Source: an uncultured Pseudomonadota bacterium (GTDB lineage: Bacteria; Pseudomonadota; Alphaproteobacteria; Rs-D84). Taken from it: DNA of 64,000 nucleotides. Location of the stretch: contig CADARU010000007.1 in NCBI GenBank assembly GCA_902790415.1, positions 1,412-65,411 of the forward strand, in the 5' to 3' direction. The position numbers were made by a program, and so were the translations under genes. A model generated the notes under the pieces. The model ran no database searches. It worked only from the letters and a program-made list of their open reading frames with translations, and was not told the origin of the DNA. Below, one piece after another: positions 35,904 through 44,287 of the stretch (positions are counted from its first letter, which is position 1; every line of letters begins with the position of its first letter).

Positions 35904-36240
35904 TTTTTGCACCATCTTTTTCGTTTTTGTCTTCTGTTTTTTTATCGGAATCTATTGGTGTGTTGCCATTTTTTCTTTTATATTTTACCAATTCGGCACC
36001 TTGAACCGCCGCACCAATGGCCGTGGCCGCCGCCGCACCGGCACCAACCAACGTTGCCGTATGCCATTTCTTATTCTTAACCTCGCAATCACGCAATTCT
36101 TCTTCCAAATCTTGGATTTCGTGTTTTAATTCGGACACACGATGCATTTTTTCGGCATCTGTGGTGACAATATGACCAGACGATATATTATCGGCATACA
36201 AAACATGTGGAAAAATGGAAAATAGTGTAAAACAAAACAC
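35893..36240 (-). CDS. secreted coiled-coil protein with a Gly/Ala-rich segment (family member P1)
   Basis: GTG start. Short signal-like N-terminus. Contains DLEEELRDCEVKNKKWHTATLVGAGAAAATAIGAAV. Confidence 0.45.
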   Translation of the reverse strand: MFCFTLFSIFPHVLYADNISSGHIVTTDAEKMHRVSELKHEIQDLEEELRDCEVKNKKWHTATLVGAGAAAATAIGAAVQGAELVKYKRKNGNTPIDSDKKTEDKNEKDGAKNEK

Positions 36241-36278
36241 ATAAACGCATGTGCGTTTACCAAGGCCGCCAGGCCTTA

Positions 36279-36303
36279 TCTCTCTCTCTCTCTCTCTCTC
36301 TCT
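36279..36303. repeat. (TC)12 dinucleotide microsatellite
   Basis: Perfect TCTC... run of 25 nt, 39 nt upstream of the GTG at 36240. Reads as (AG)n on that gene's coding strand. Confidence 0.97.
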
Positions 36304-36484
36304 AGAGTTCTGCGGGATTCAGAAAATTGCGACGTTAAAAAGTTCACTTTTTACCTTTCTTTTGCCACGAACATTATATCACACCACGCCCAGTTTAACA
36401 ATCAAAATCTTCTTTACAAAAACCGTTTGATTTAAACATTTATATTCTGCTAAGATTTTGCGCATGTGATTTTTGGGAACTAAT

Positions 36485-37237
36485 ATGAAAAAAATTCTAT
36501 GCTTTGGAAATGTAACCGATAAATATAAAAACGCGATTGAACGCGCTATGACTAAATGCGGCAATATCGCAGAGTGGGCGCAGGCACCAGAAGACGATAC
36601 TTTGCCCGACACCGGCAACGATTTTATTTTGATGAAGTGCGATATTCATTCTGATGATTTTCTGCGCCACATTATTGCGATAAATAAAAAACTGTATGTG
36701 GATGAAAAATTTTACTTAACTCATTGTGCAATATTTTCCGATAAATCTGGGGAACGTCCGCCTTTTATTTTAACCGATGCGGCGTGTGTCCCGACACCGG
36801 ACGGCGAACAATTAACACACATTGTGCAAAATGCGGTGTCTTTGTTTGGGCAAATATATGGTTCCACGCGCGCACCGTTTATATCTCTAATATCGGCGGG
36901 TGGGGATATAAACACAAAATTATCACCGATGTTACATTTATGGGCCACAGAACACAAACAAGAATTTCCTGACGGCACATTACGCGTTGAACAATTAGAT
37001 GTTGCGTTGGATGCAAATATCCGCAACGAAAAACATTTAACCGGTGAAATTGCAGATATAGTTGTTGTTGATAACATAAATACGGGTAATGCGATATTTA
37101 AATCACTGTCGGTGTTAAGTAATAATTGGGAACCTGCGTGTTTTCTGATGGGCGGCAAACACACAACTATATTAAATTCACGTGGTGCCACCGAAGACAC
37201 ATTAACAAATAATATTATACTGGCATGTAAAAATTAA
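36485..37237 (+). CDS. phosphate acetyl/butyryl-transferase (PTA_PTB) family protein
   Basis: LTDAACVPTPD, ISLISAGG, EQLDVALD, VVVDNINTGNAIFKSL and ILNSRGATEDTLTNNIILA match the PTA_PTB pattern. Shorter than typical. The ORF is open from 36473. Confidence 0.65.
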   Translation: MKKILCFGNVTDKYKNAIERAMTKCGNIAEWAQAPEDDTLPDTGNDFILMKCDIHSDDFLRHIIAINKKLYVDEKFYLTHCAIFSDKSGERPPFILTDAACVPTPDGEQLTHIVQNAVSLFGQIYGSTRAPFISLISAGGDINTKLSPMLHLWATEHKQEFPDGTLRVEQLDVALDANIRNEKHLTGEIADIVVVDNINTGNAIFKSLSVLSNNWEPACFLMGGKHTTILNSRGATEDTLTNNIILACKN

Positions 37238-37266
37238 AAATGGATGCAAACGCATCCATTTTTTTC
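37236..37266. terminator. bidirectional terminator
   Basis: Hairpin AATGGATGCAAACGCATCCATT with flanking A- and T-runs. Lies between convergent genes. Confidence 0.65.
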
Positions 37267-37285
37267 TGACCAGTGTCCACTAACA

Positions 37286-38722
37286 TTAATACGATTTTGC
37301 AACAAATACGTATGTCGGGTCCGCATCATCTAAACAACGGCGCGTAACCTTGTACTTTTCCATTAGTGCATCAAATTCTGGTGTTTGCGTTTTTGCGTAT
37401 TTAATACGGAAGAACCCCGTCTTGCCCGCATCAAATGCCGCGGTGATTTCAGATAATGTTTCAACATTATGAATCATTTCACGATTGCGTGCCTCAGCCG
37501 CCGCATACATATCTGATTGAATGGTTGTTAATTTTTCCGCAACCACATTTGCAAACATTGCCAATGGGACGAATTCACGTGAATCTTTGCCCAAATCACG
37601 ACGGGTCATACTGACCACACCAGATTCCAGTTCACGGTTACCAACCTCTACCCGTAATGGCACACCGCGCTTAATCCATTTCCACATTTTATCGGGCGCG
37701 CGCATATCAGAATCATCAACAAAAACCCTGATACCGGCATCGGTTAATTGTTTTGCCAAATTTTCGGTATAAGATTTCATTGCGTCATCTATCTCGCCCT
37801 TGGTGATTGGAATAATCACAACCTGGTATGGGGCAATGGCCGGTGGCAAAACCAAACCATCATCATCACTGTGTGTCATGAACAAACCGCCCATCATACG
37901 GGTTGAAGTTCCCCAACTGGTCGTCCAAGCGTATGCTAACTGACCATCAGAACCCAAGTATTGAATATTGCAAGATTTTGCAAAATGTTGCCCCAAATCA
38001 TGTGATGTTCCGGCCTGTAATGCCTTGCCATCTTGCATAATTTGTTCAACGGTATATGTATGGTCGGCACCGGCAAATCTTTCTTCGGGGGTTTTTTCAC
38101 CCATAATGCAAGGTATCGCCAAAACATTGCGCATATATTCGCCATAAACCTGGTGCATTTTACGTGCATCCGCATTTGCATCATCGTGCGTGGCAAAAAC
38201 ATTATGACCTTCTTGCCAGTTAAATTCAGATGTGCGTAAAAACATACGTGGGCGCATTTCCCAACGCATAACATTAACCCATTGATTTAATTTCAATGGT
38301 AAATCACGATAAGATTTTACCCAACGCGACATTGCCTCGCCAATAATGGTTTCGGACGTTGGACGAATAACATACGGTTCCGCCAATTTAGAATCAGGGT
38401 CTGGTTGCAACCGGCCATCAATCATTTTTAAACGATGATGTGTTACAACCGCACATTCCTTGGCAAAGCCGGCGACATGTTCGGCCTCTTTATTAAAATA
38501 TTCGATTGGAATCAGCAACGGGAAATTAGCATTTTGAACACCGGCGGCTTTGATTCTTTCATCCATTTGCGCGCGCATCAGTTCCCAAATTGCCCAGCCA
38601 TAGGGTTTTATGGTCATACATCCACGAACCGGCGAACTTTCCGCCAAATCGGCCGCCACGATTAAATTTTGATACCATTCATTAAAATTTTCCGCCCTTG
38701 TTGGGGTTATCGCTGTTTTCAT
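37286..38722 (-). CDS. proS: proline--tRNA ligase (archaeal/eukaryote-like architecture)
   Basis: 478 aa. TRAENFNEWYQNLIVAADLAE..PVRGCMTIKPYGWAIWE, class II motifs, no large insertion domain, and a C-terminal ...FVAKSY ending in Tyr. Confidence 0.92.
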   Translation of the reverse strand: MKTAITPTRAENFNEWYQNLIVAADLAESSPVRGCMTIKPYGWAIWELMRAQMDERIKAAGVQNANFPLLIPIEYFNKEAEHVAGFAKECAVVTHHRLKMIDGRLQPDPDSKLAEPYVIRPTSETIIGEAMSRWVKSYRDLPLKLNQWVNVMRWEMRPRMFLRTSEFNWQEGHNVFATHDDANADARKMHQVYGEYMRNVLAIPCIMGEKTPEERFAGADHTYTVEQIMQDGKALQAGTSHDLGQHFAKSCNIQYLGSDGQLAYAWTTSWGTSTRMMGGLFMTHSDDDGLVLPPAIAPYQVVIIPITKGEIDDAMKSYTENLAKQLTDAGIRVFVDDSDMRAPDKMWKWIKRGVPLRVEVGNRELESGVVSMTRRDLGKDSREFVPLAMFANVVAEKLTTIQSDMYAAAEARNREMIHNVETLSEITAAFDAGKTGFFRIKYAKTQTPEFDALMEKYKVTRRCLDDADPTYVFVAKSY

Positions 38723-39549
38723 TTTTCATCCCTTTTTTGAATTTCCGTATATTTATCTGAAATAATTTTGTGCAACGTTGTTGCCATTTGTTTTCTATCC
38801 ATACCCGCCAAAGGCGGCGGCGGCAACATATACACATTTACGGTAAATCCACCCAAAACCATTATATGAAATATTTGGCCAAACGCACTGCGTTCACGCG
38901 AACATTTTGGACCTTGGGTCTGTTTCGCATTATCAAAGTATGCGTAATGTTCGGCCAAATCTTCATCATTAATTGGTGTGCCATCGTGAAAGCAATATTG
39001 CGTTACAACCGGTTGAACCGTAACATCGGTACCTTCGGCAACATTGAATAAACTGCTCTTAAACTCTTTGACGTATGCACCGTTGGTTGTGGTACCTTCG
39101 GGAAATATATACAATGGCCATGAAATTCTTGCGATTTCATCTTGGACCAACTTTAATGCGGTGGCGGCATGTGATGGCCGGCGGTCAATAAACACAACAC
39201 CAAATTTATTCGCAATATAACCAACCAATGGCCAACGCCGAACATCATTTTTAGAAATAAAACTGCCCCCGAACATTACAGGAAAAGTTGCAATTTCAAA
39301 TACCGATATATGATTACCCGCAACCAACAATGGACGTTTTTTTGAAATTTCGCCATGTTTTACAATTTTAATACTGGCCAAAATTAACAGAATCTTCATG
39401 AATACGGCCATATATTTGACCGTTATTTTTTTACGCGCAGGCAATAAAATAATCAAAGGCAACTGAACAAAAACCATAATCCAAAACGCCACAAAACGTA
39501 GTGTTCCGGTAATCGTATTAAAAATGTTTTGCTTTCTAACCTGGGCCAT
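38719..39549 (-). CDS. olsA: lysophospholipid/lyso-ornithine-lipid acyltransferase (PlsC family)
   Basis: NHISVFE (HX4D-like) and FPEGTTTNG motifs. The ATG at 39549 lies 1 nt after the olsB stop. The ORF is open to 39645. Confidence 0.7.
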   Translation of the reverse strand: MAQVRKQNIFNTITGTLRFVAFWIMVFVQLPLIILLPARKKITVKYMAVFMKILLILASIKIVKHGEISKKRPLLVAGNHISVFEIATFPVMFGGSFISKNDVRRWPLVGYIANKFGVVFIDRRPSHAATALKLVQDEIARISWPLYIFPEGTTTNGAYVKEFKSSLFNVAEGTDVTVQPVVTQYCFHDGTPINDEDLAEHYAYFDNAKQTQGPKCSRERSAFGQIFHIMVLGGFTVNVYMLPPPPLAGMDRKQMATTLHKIISDKYTEIQKRDEK

Positions 39550-39550
39550 T

Positions 39551-40507
39551 TTATTGTTCTTCTTGTTCTGGGGTATTATCTTGGATATATTCGGCATCGG
39601 CCGCATCTTCACGCAACAAAAATTCAAAGAAGGTACCCAACACACTAAGCGAGCCGGTAATTGGTAACAACATAATTTTTGCCAACGTTTTAAATGGACG
39701 TGGCTTTACATCCAAATGTTCCAATGCGTTTTCCCGACCATAGAAATGCTTTTGATACGCGGCATCCATATTCTTGGACTGCATCATAACGAATACATCG
39801 TATGTGTTAAATGGTTTATCTATGAATACACCTTGGCCAAACGTTGCCCCCATACGCAAGTATCCCTTGATAAGTGGGGTCATTTGTTTTTTCGCCATAT
39901 CTTCATCAACAAACGCACGTGGTAAAATATTCATACGTGCCATTTTAGGGTCTGCACCATCCGCAAAATTTTCAGGAATCACGCGTGCACGTAAACGCAA
40001 AGGCGACAAATGATTATAATACAGGTAAGATATCGCCTGGGCGGATTCAACAGGTTTTTGTCCCACAAAAGATGCAACACCAAATAATAACGCAATACGG
40101 CGGCGCAAAACATATTCACTTAACCCCGCCCAGAGCATACGCATCACCAACGCATTTTCACGATATGCGGGCGCAACACACGCGCGCGACATTTCCGCAA
40201 TATTATCTGATGCATTTTTGATTTTTGAAATATTAAATTCTGTTTCGGTATAAAAGCCCCCCATTTTATCAGCGGCCTTTTTATCAATAATACGGTACGT
40301 ACCAACAATTTTTCCGTTATGAAAAACCGCCATATATTCGGCATATTTATCATAATCATCAAATTCTTCACCTAATTCACGTTGTTCATCGGTTGGGTTT
40401 GCACCTTCTTCTTTGACGAATACTTCATAGCGCAACTGACGCACCTGTTTGCGTTCTTCTTTGTTGCGCGTTAATCTAACCTCGTAATCACGAACTTTAA
40501 TTGCCAT
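39551..40507 (-). CDS. olsB: GNAT-family N-acyltransferase, ornithine-lipid synthase OlsB-like
   Basis: LRYEVFVKEEGA....DEQRELGEEFDDYD pattern typical of OlsB/hemolysin-like acyltransferases. The ATG at 40507 follows AAGGA. Coupled to the PlsC-family gene. Confidence 0.7.
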   Translation of the reverse strand: MAIKVRDYEVRLTRNKEERKQVRQLRYEVFVKEEGANPTDEQRELGEEFDDYDKYAEYMAVFHNGKIVGTYRIIDKKAADKMGGFYTETEFNISKIKNASDNIAEMSRACVAPAYRENALVMRMLWAGLSEYVLRRRIALLFGVASFVGQKPVESAQAISYLYYNHLSPLRLRARVIPENFADGADPKMARMNILPRAFVDEDMAKKQMTPLIKGYLRMGATFGQGVFIDKPFNTYDVFVMMQSKNMDAAYQKHFYGRENALEHLDVKPRPFKTLAKIMLLPITGSLSVLGTFFEFLLREDAADAEYIQDNTPEQEEQ

Positions 40508-40585
40508 ATACGTTATATCCTTTATAACAATGTATAAGGATACCAAACAATATTGCGATGCGCAATCTTTTTATTTTCCAGAGAT

Positions 40586-41635
40586 TTATTTTAATTTATC
40601 CGACAATTCGGAAATCGCAATCGCGTACCAATTTGAATTATTCCAACGTTTTATACGATAGAAATTCGGATACGTTAAATATGCCGTTATGACCGGAATT
40701 GGCGCAACATCAGAATCAGGATTAAAATCATCTGTTGTTGTCTGCTTTATATTCGCGACATCCGCAACCAACCCCGCCACCATTTCACCGGTTGGTATCA
40801 TTTTACCATCAGGTGTCTTTAAGCCCATTTGGGCCCATTGGTTCAATGTTTTTTTTGTTTTGCCGTCTAATAAAGATGTATCAAAATCTGGGGGCAAAAT
40901 AACTTTACGGGCGATGCGTTGTCCCGCATCCCAACCCAATTTATTTAAATAGTTTCCCGCACTGGCCATTGCATCACCAACACTATCTATTATATCGATT
41001 TTTCCATCACCATTGCCGTCCACACCATAAGAAGCCAATGTTGTCGGAATAAATTGAAAATGCCCCATGGCACCGGCCCAACTGCCTCTGATATTATTTA
41101 TATCTAATTTATTATCATCGGCAATTTTCATCAAGGCCAACAACTGGTCCCCAAAAAATTTCTCACGCCGGCCGTCATAGATTAACGTAAAAAACGCATC
41201 TGTTAATTTATGACGCGATTTTATTTCGCCATAGTTTGATTCCATGCCCCAAAACGCCAAAATCACATGCGCCGGCACACCATATTGTTTTTCAACACGT
41301 GTCAATAACGAAGGATATCTGGCATGAGCATTACGTCCAGATGCAACCTTGTTTTTATTTACAACACGCGCCAAATAAGAATCCAAAGTCAATTTAAATT
41401 CGGCCTGATTTTTATCACTTTTAACAATAGATGGAATAAACTTAGGTGATTTTAATGTCGCATTTATTGTTGCATCTGATATATTTTTTGCACTTGCGCG
41501 CGTGCGCACATCGGCAATTATCGAATCCCAACGCGCCATATCAAACGTGCCAGTATCGGCAAATGCCGAAAAATTCAAAACAGATATAAATATCGGCAAT
41601 AAAAACCGTATTTTATATGTCATATCCACGCCCAC
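40586..41635 (-). CDS. lytic murein transglycosylase (MltB/SLT_2 type)
   Basis: ILAFWGMESNYG (catalytic Glu) and GSWAGAMGHFQFIPTT motifs. Has a signal peptide. Confidence 0.82.
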   Translation of the reverse strand: MGVDMTYKIRFLLPIFISVLNFSAFADTGTFDMARWDSIIADVRTRASAKNISDATINATLKSPKFIPSIVKSDKNQAEFKLTLDSYLARVVNKNKVASGRNAHARYPSLLTRVEKQYGVPAHVILAFWGMESNYGEIKSRHKLTDAFFTLIYDGRREKFFGDQLLALMKIADDNKLDINNIRGSWAGAMGHFQFIPTTLASYGVDGNGDGKIDIIDSVGDAMASAGNYLNKLGWDAGQRIARKVILPPDFDTSLLDGKTKKTLNQWAQMGLKTPDGKMIPTGEMVAGLVADVANIKQTTTDDFNPDSDVAPIPVITAYLTYPNFYRIKRWNNSNWYAIAISELSDKLK

Positions 41636-41638
41636 ATG

Positions 41639-43132
41639 TTAAAATGCGTATTTAATTCCCAGGTGCGCACCAAATGATTGCCAGGTCGCCTCTTTCAAAG
41701 AATCTGTAACATGTTGGGTTTCTGCCGGGTATGTAACCAAATACGGCAAACCATTTTCATCCAACAAATATTGTCCTTCGTCATCGGTTGCAAATTCCGT
41801 ATGTTCGGCAATATACAATTCGCCAGGGATTTTTCCAACATGGAAAAAGTTCGTATCAATCTTTAATGCTAATTGCAACCTGTCAGAAATGCGATAATTA
41901 TATTCCATTTCGGCGATATAAGAATACGCACCATTAGAACCTTCGTCCAAGAAACTGGGGTTCTGTTGCCAATCGGTACGATTGGGCCAAATACCTTCGG
42001 AAGAATATTTTGGTAAACCAAATTGGAAATAAAAACGCAATTTGTCGGACAAGGTCATTTGTTTTTCAACCTCTAGCCCGACGTAAAAACCACTCCACGT
42101 TGTGTTGTAAATATGAGTAATACCATCAACACGAATTGGACCATCACCACCAATAATAACACATTCGCCCTGGTCTACACCCCATGGTACAATGCCCAAC
42201 GCGGTATCATAGTCAATCGTTTCCGGCAACACATCCCCATACGCCGTTACATAACCGGTAACACCGATAGATTGCCCCTGGGGTATCAGTTTTATATCTT
42301 CCGGCCCCATACAAACCTGGTACCAATCATCTGGTGCCTCGACATCTGTTGGCATTGAATAGAAGTTACCTTCTTCGTCCCCATAAACATATTCGCCACC
42401 ATTTGTCATCAAAGGCAGATATACACCCTGGTTCGGATACAAATGGTCAGACATTTTTAAATCATGTTTGAATATTTCATATCCAATAACCGGCGATAAT
42501 TTCCACCCAGCAATATCCCAAATATGATGAGCACCAATACCAAAACGCATATGCTGGGTTTCGCCACTCTGTGTTCCCATAGATATTGTGAATATACCCA
42601 ATGTCGGATCCGCCCAATTATAAGGTTCCAAATCATAATCCATAGACAAACCGCCGTGATCCATATCACCGTATGAATATTCACCGTATGCAAACAATTC
42701 AAAATTACGCAGTGAAAATTTATGACGCGCACCGACCGTTAATTCGTTGTATTGCATATCGTCCCATTCCAAAATGGAATTCACACCCGTTTTAAATTCA
42801 AAATCTGCAAAACGGCGGGTATAACCACCATAAATATGTGTAGATTTTTCCTCTGGTGCACTGATTCCATTAACGGTCATCGCACCCGCAGAAGTATTAA
42901 CCGTTGCGGCACGCTGTGTTTGATATGTATATGTACGCGAACCAACAACCTGTTTACGCCCAGAAGAACCAACATATTTGGTGTATCCTTGGTCTTTGTA
43001 TTGTTTATAATTTAACTGATTAGATGTTTCCTTGGCACTTGTTTGGTAATACGATGGCACCCCTTCGTTCGCGCCCAATGCCGCAAAGGGTACAAAAACC
43101 GCCGTCAACCAAGATATTATGTTCTTCTTCAT
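41639..43132 (-). CDS. outer-membrane beta-barrel protein (putative)
   Basis: 497 aa. Signal peptide, Tyr/Gly-rich alternating strands, C-terminal LGIKYAF. Its stop lies 3 nt before the transglycosylase gene's start. Confidence 0.55.
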   Translation of the reverse strand: MKKNIISWLTAVFVPFAALGANEGVPSYYQTSAKETSNQLNYKQYKDQGYTKYVGSSGRKQVVGSRTYTYQTQRAATVNTSAGAMTVNGISAPEEKSTHIYGGYTRRFADFEFKTGVNSILEWDDMQYNELTVGARHKFSLRNFELFAYGEYSYGDMDHGGLSMDYDLEPYNWADPTLGIFTISMGTQSGETQHMRFGIGAHHIWDIAGWKLSPVIGYEIFKHDLKMSDHLYPNQGVYLPLMTNGGEYVYGDEEGNFYSMPTDVEAPDDWYQVCMGPEDIKLIPQGQSIGVTGYVTAYGDVLPETIDYDTALGIVPWGVDQGECVIIGGDGPIRVDGITHIYNTTWSGFYVGLEVEKQMTLSDKLRFYFQFGLPKYSSEGIWPNRTDWQQNPSFLDEGSNGAYSYIAEMEYNYRISDRLQLALKIDTNFFHVGKIPGELYIAEHTEFATDDEGQYLLDENGLPYLVTYPAETQHVTDSLKEATWQSFGAHLGIKYAF

Positions 43133-43224
43133 CCTTTAATCACAGTGCATTATATCATAAATTTTATTTTTTATAAAGTAATTTATCACTTGCACGAAAA
43201 AAGTCCGGTTGTAATATAAAAAGC

Positions 43225-44283
43225 ATGACTATCAGCCACAATATTTATATTCATGTCCCGTTTTGTATGTCTAAATGCAATTATTGTGCGTTTTTTTCAC
43301 GCGCATGCGCGAGTCCTGATTGGGATACATACGGTGATAAAATCGTTCAAGAAATCCAATATTGGGCACAAAAATTAGGCAAAATATCGGTTCCAACAAT
43401 ATTTTTTGGGGGTGGCACGCCGTCTTTGATGCCAATTAAAACCTTTGAAAAAATCATCAACGCAATAACGCAAGAATTCTCTGTTTTGCCAGATGCCGAA
43501 ATAACCTTGGAATCAAATCCGGGAACGTTGGATGCGAAAAAATTAAATGATTTTTGTTTGGCGGGGGTAAACCGACTGTCTGTGGGGGTACAATCGTTAC
43601 AAGATTCACAATTACAATTTTTGGGACGCAGACATACGGTTCATGATTCTTTGACATTGTTAGATGCGGCAAAACAGCAACACATTCGATTATCGGCAGA
43701 TTTTATTTATGGCCTGCCGGCGCAAACAACCCAAGACGTTATAAATTTGTGTAATGATATAAACAATTTGGAATTAGGGCATTGTTCTTTGTATGAATTG
43801 ACCATAGAAGAAAACACCCCCTTTGGCAAAATGAATTTAAAAATGCCCGACAATCAAACCATGGCAGAAATGTACCAAGCAATACAAAAAAATCTAAATT
43901 TAACCCGATACGAAGTTTCTAATTATTCCACCCAAAACCAAGAATGCCGACACAACCAAAACGTTTGGGCGGGCGCGCCATATATCGGCATCGGACCGGG
44001 TGCCGCGGGCCGTATATTCTTTAATGACACGTGGTATGAACAAATTGGGGACAATGTTAAATTTTCAAAACTTAGCATGACCGAACGCGCAACAGAAAAA
44101 CTTTTGACCGGGATGCGTACAATGCGCGGCACCGAATTGACCGATGATGTGAAAAACATAATCAATATAGAGTTTGCAAAATCTAATCCAGACATGCTAA
44201 GATTCACCCACGACAATCGAATTGTTGCAACTGATGCCGGAATAATGGTATTGGATGATTTAATAACAAAACTGATTAGGTAA
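43225..44283 (+). CDS. hemW: radical SAM heme chaperone HemW / HemN-like protein
   Basis: YIHVPFCMSKCNYCAF (CxxxCxxC), GGGTPS, and a length of about 350 aa. Confidence 0.85.
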   Translation: MTISHNIYIHVPFCMSKCNYCAFFSRACASPDWDTYGDKIVQEIQYWAQKLGKISVPTIFFGGGTPSLMPIKTFEKIINAITQEFSVLPDAEITLESNPGTLDAKKLNDFCLAGVNRLSVGVQSLQDSQLQFLGRRHTVHDSLTLLDAAKQQHIRLSADFIYGLPAQTTQDVINLCNDINNLELGHCSLYELTIEENTPFGKMNLKMPDNQTMAEMYQAIQKNLNLTRYEVSNYSTQNQECRHNQNVWAGAPYIGIGPGAAGRIFFNDTWYEQIGDNVKFSKLSMTERATEKLLTGMRTMRGTELTDDVKNIINIEFAKSNPDMLRFTHDNRIVATDAGIMVLDDLITKLIR

Positions 44284-44287
44284 AAAA

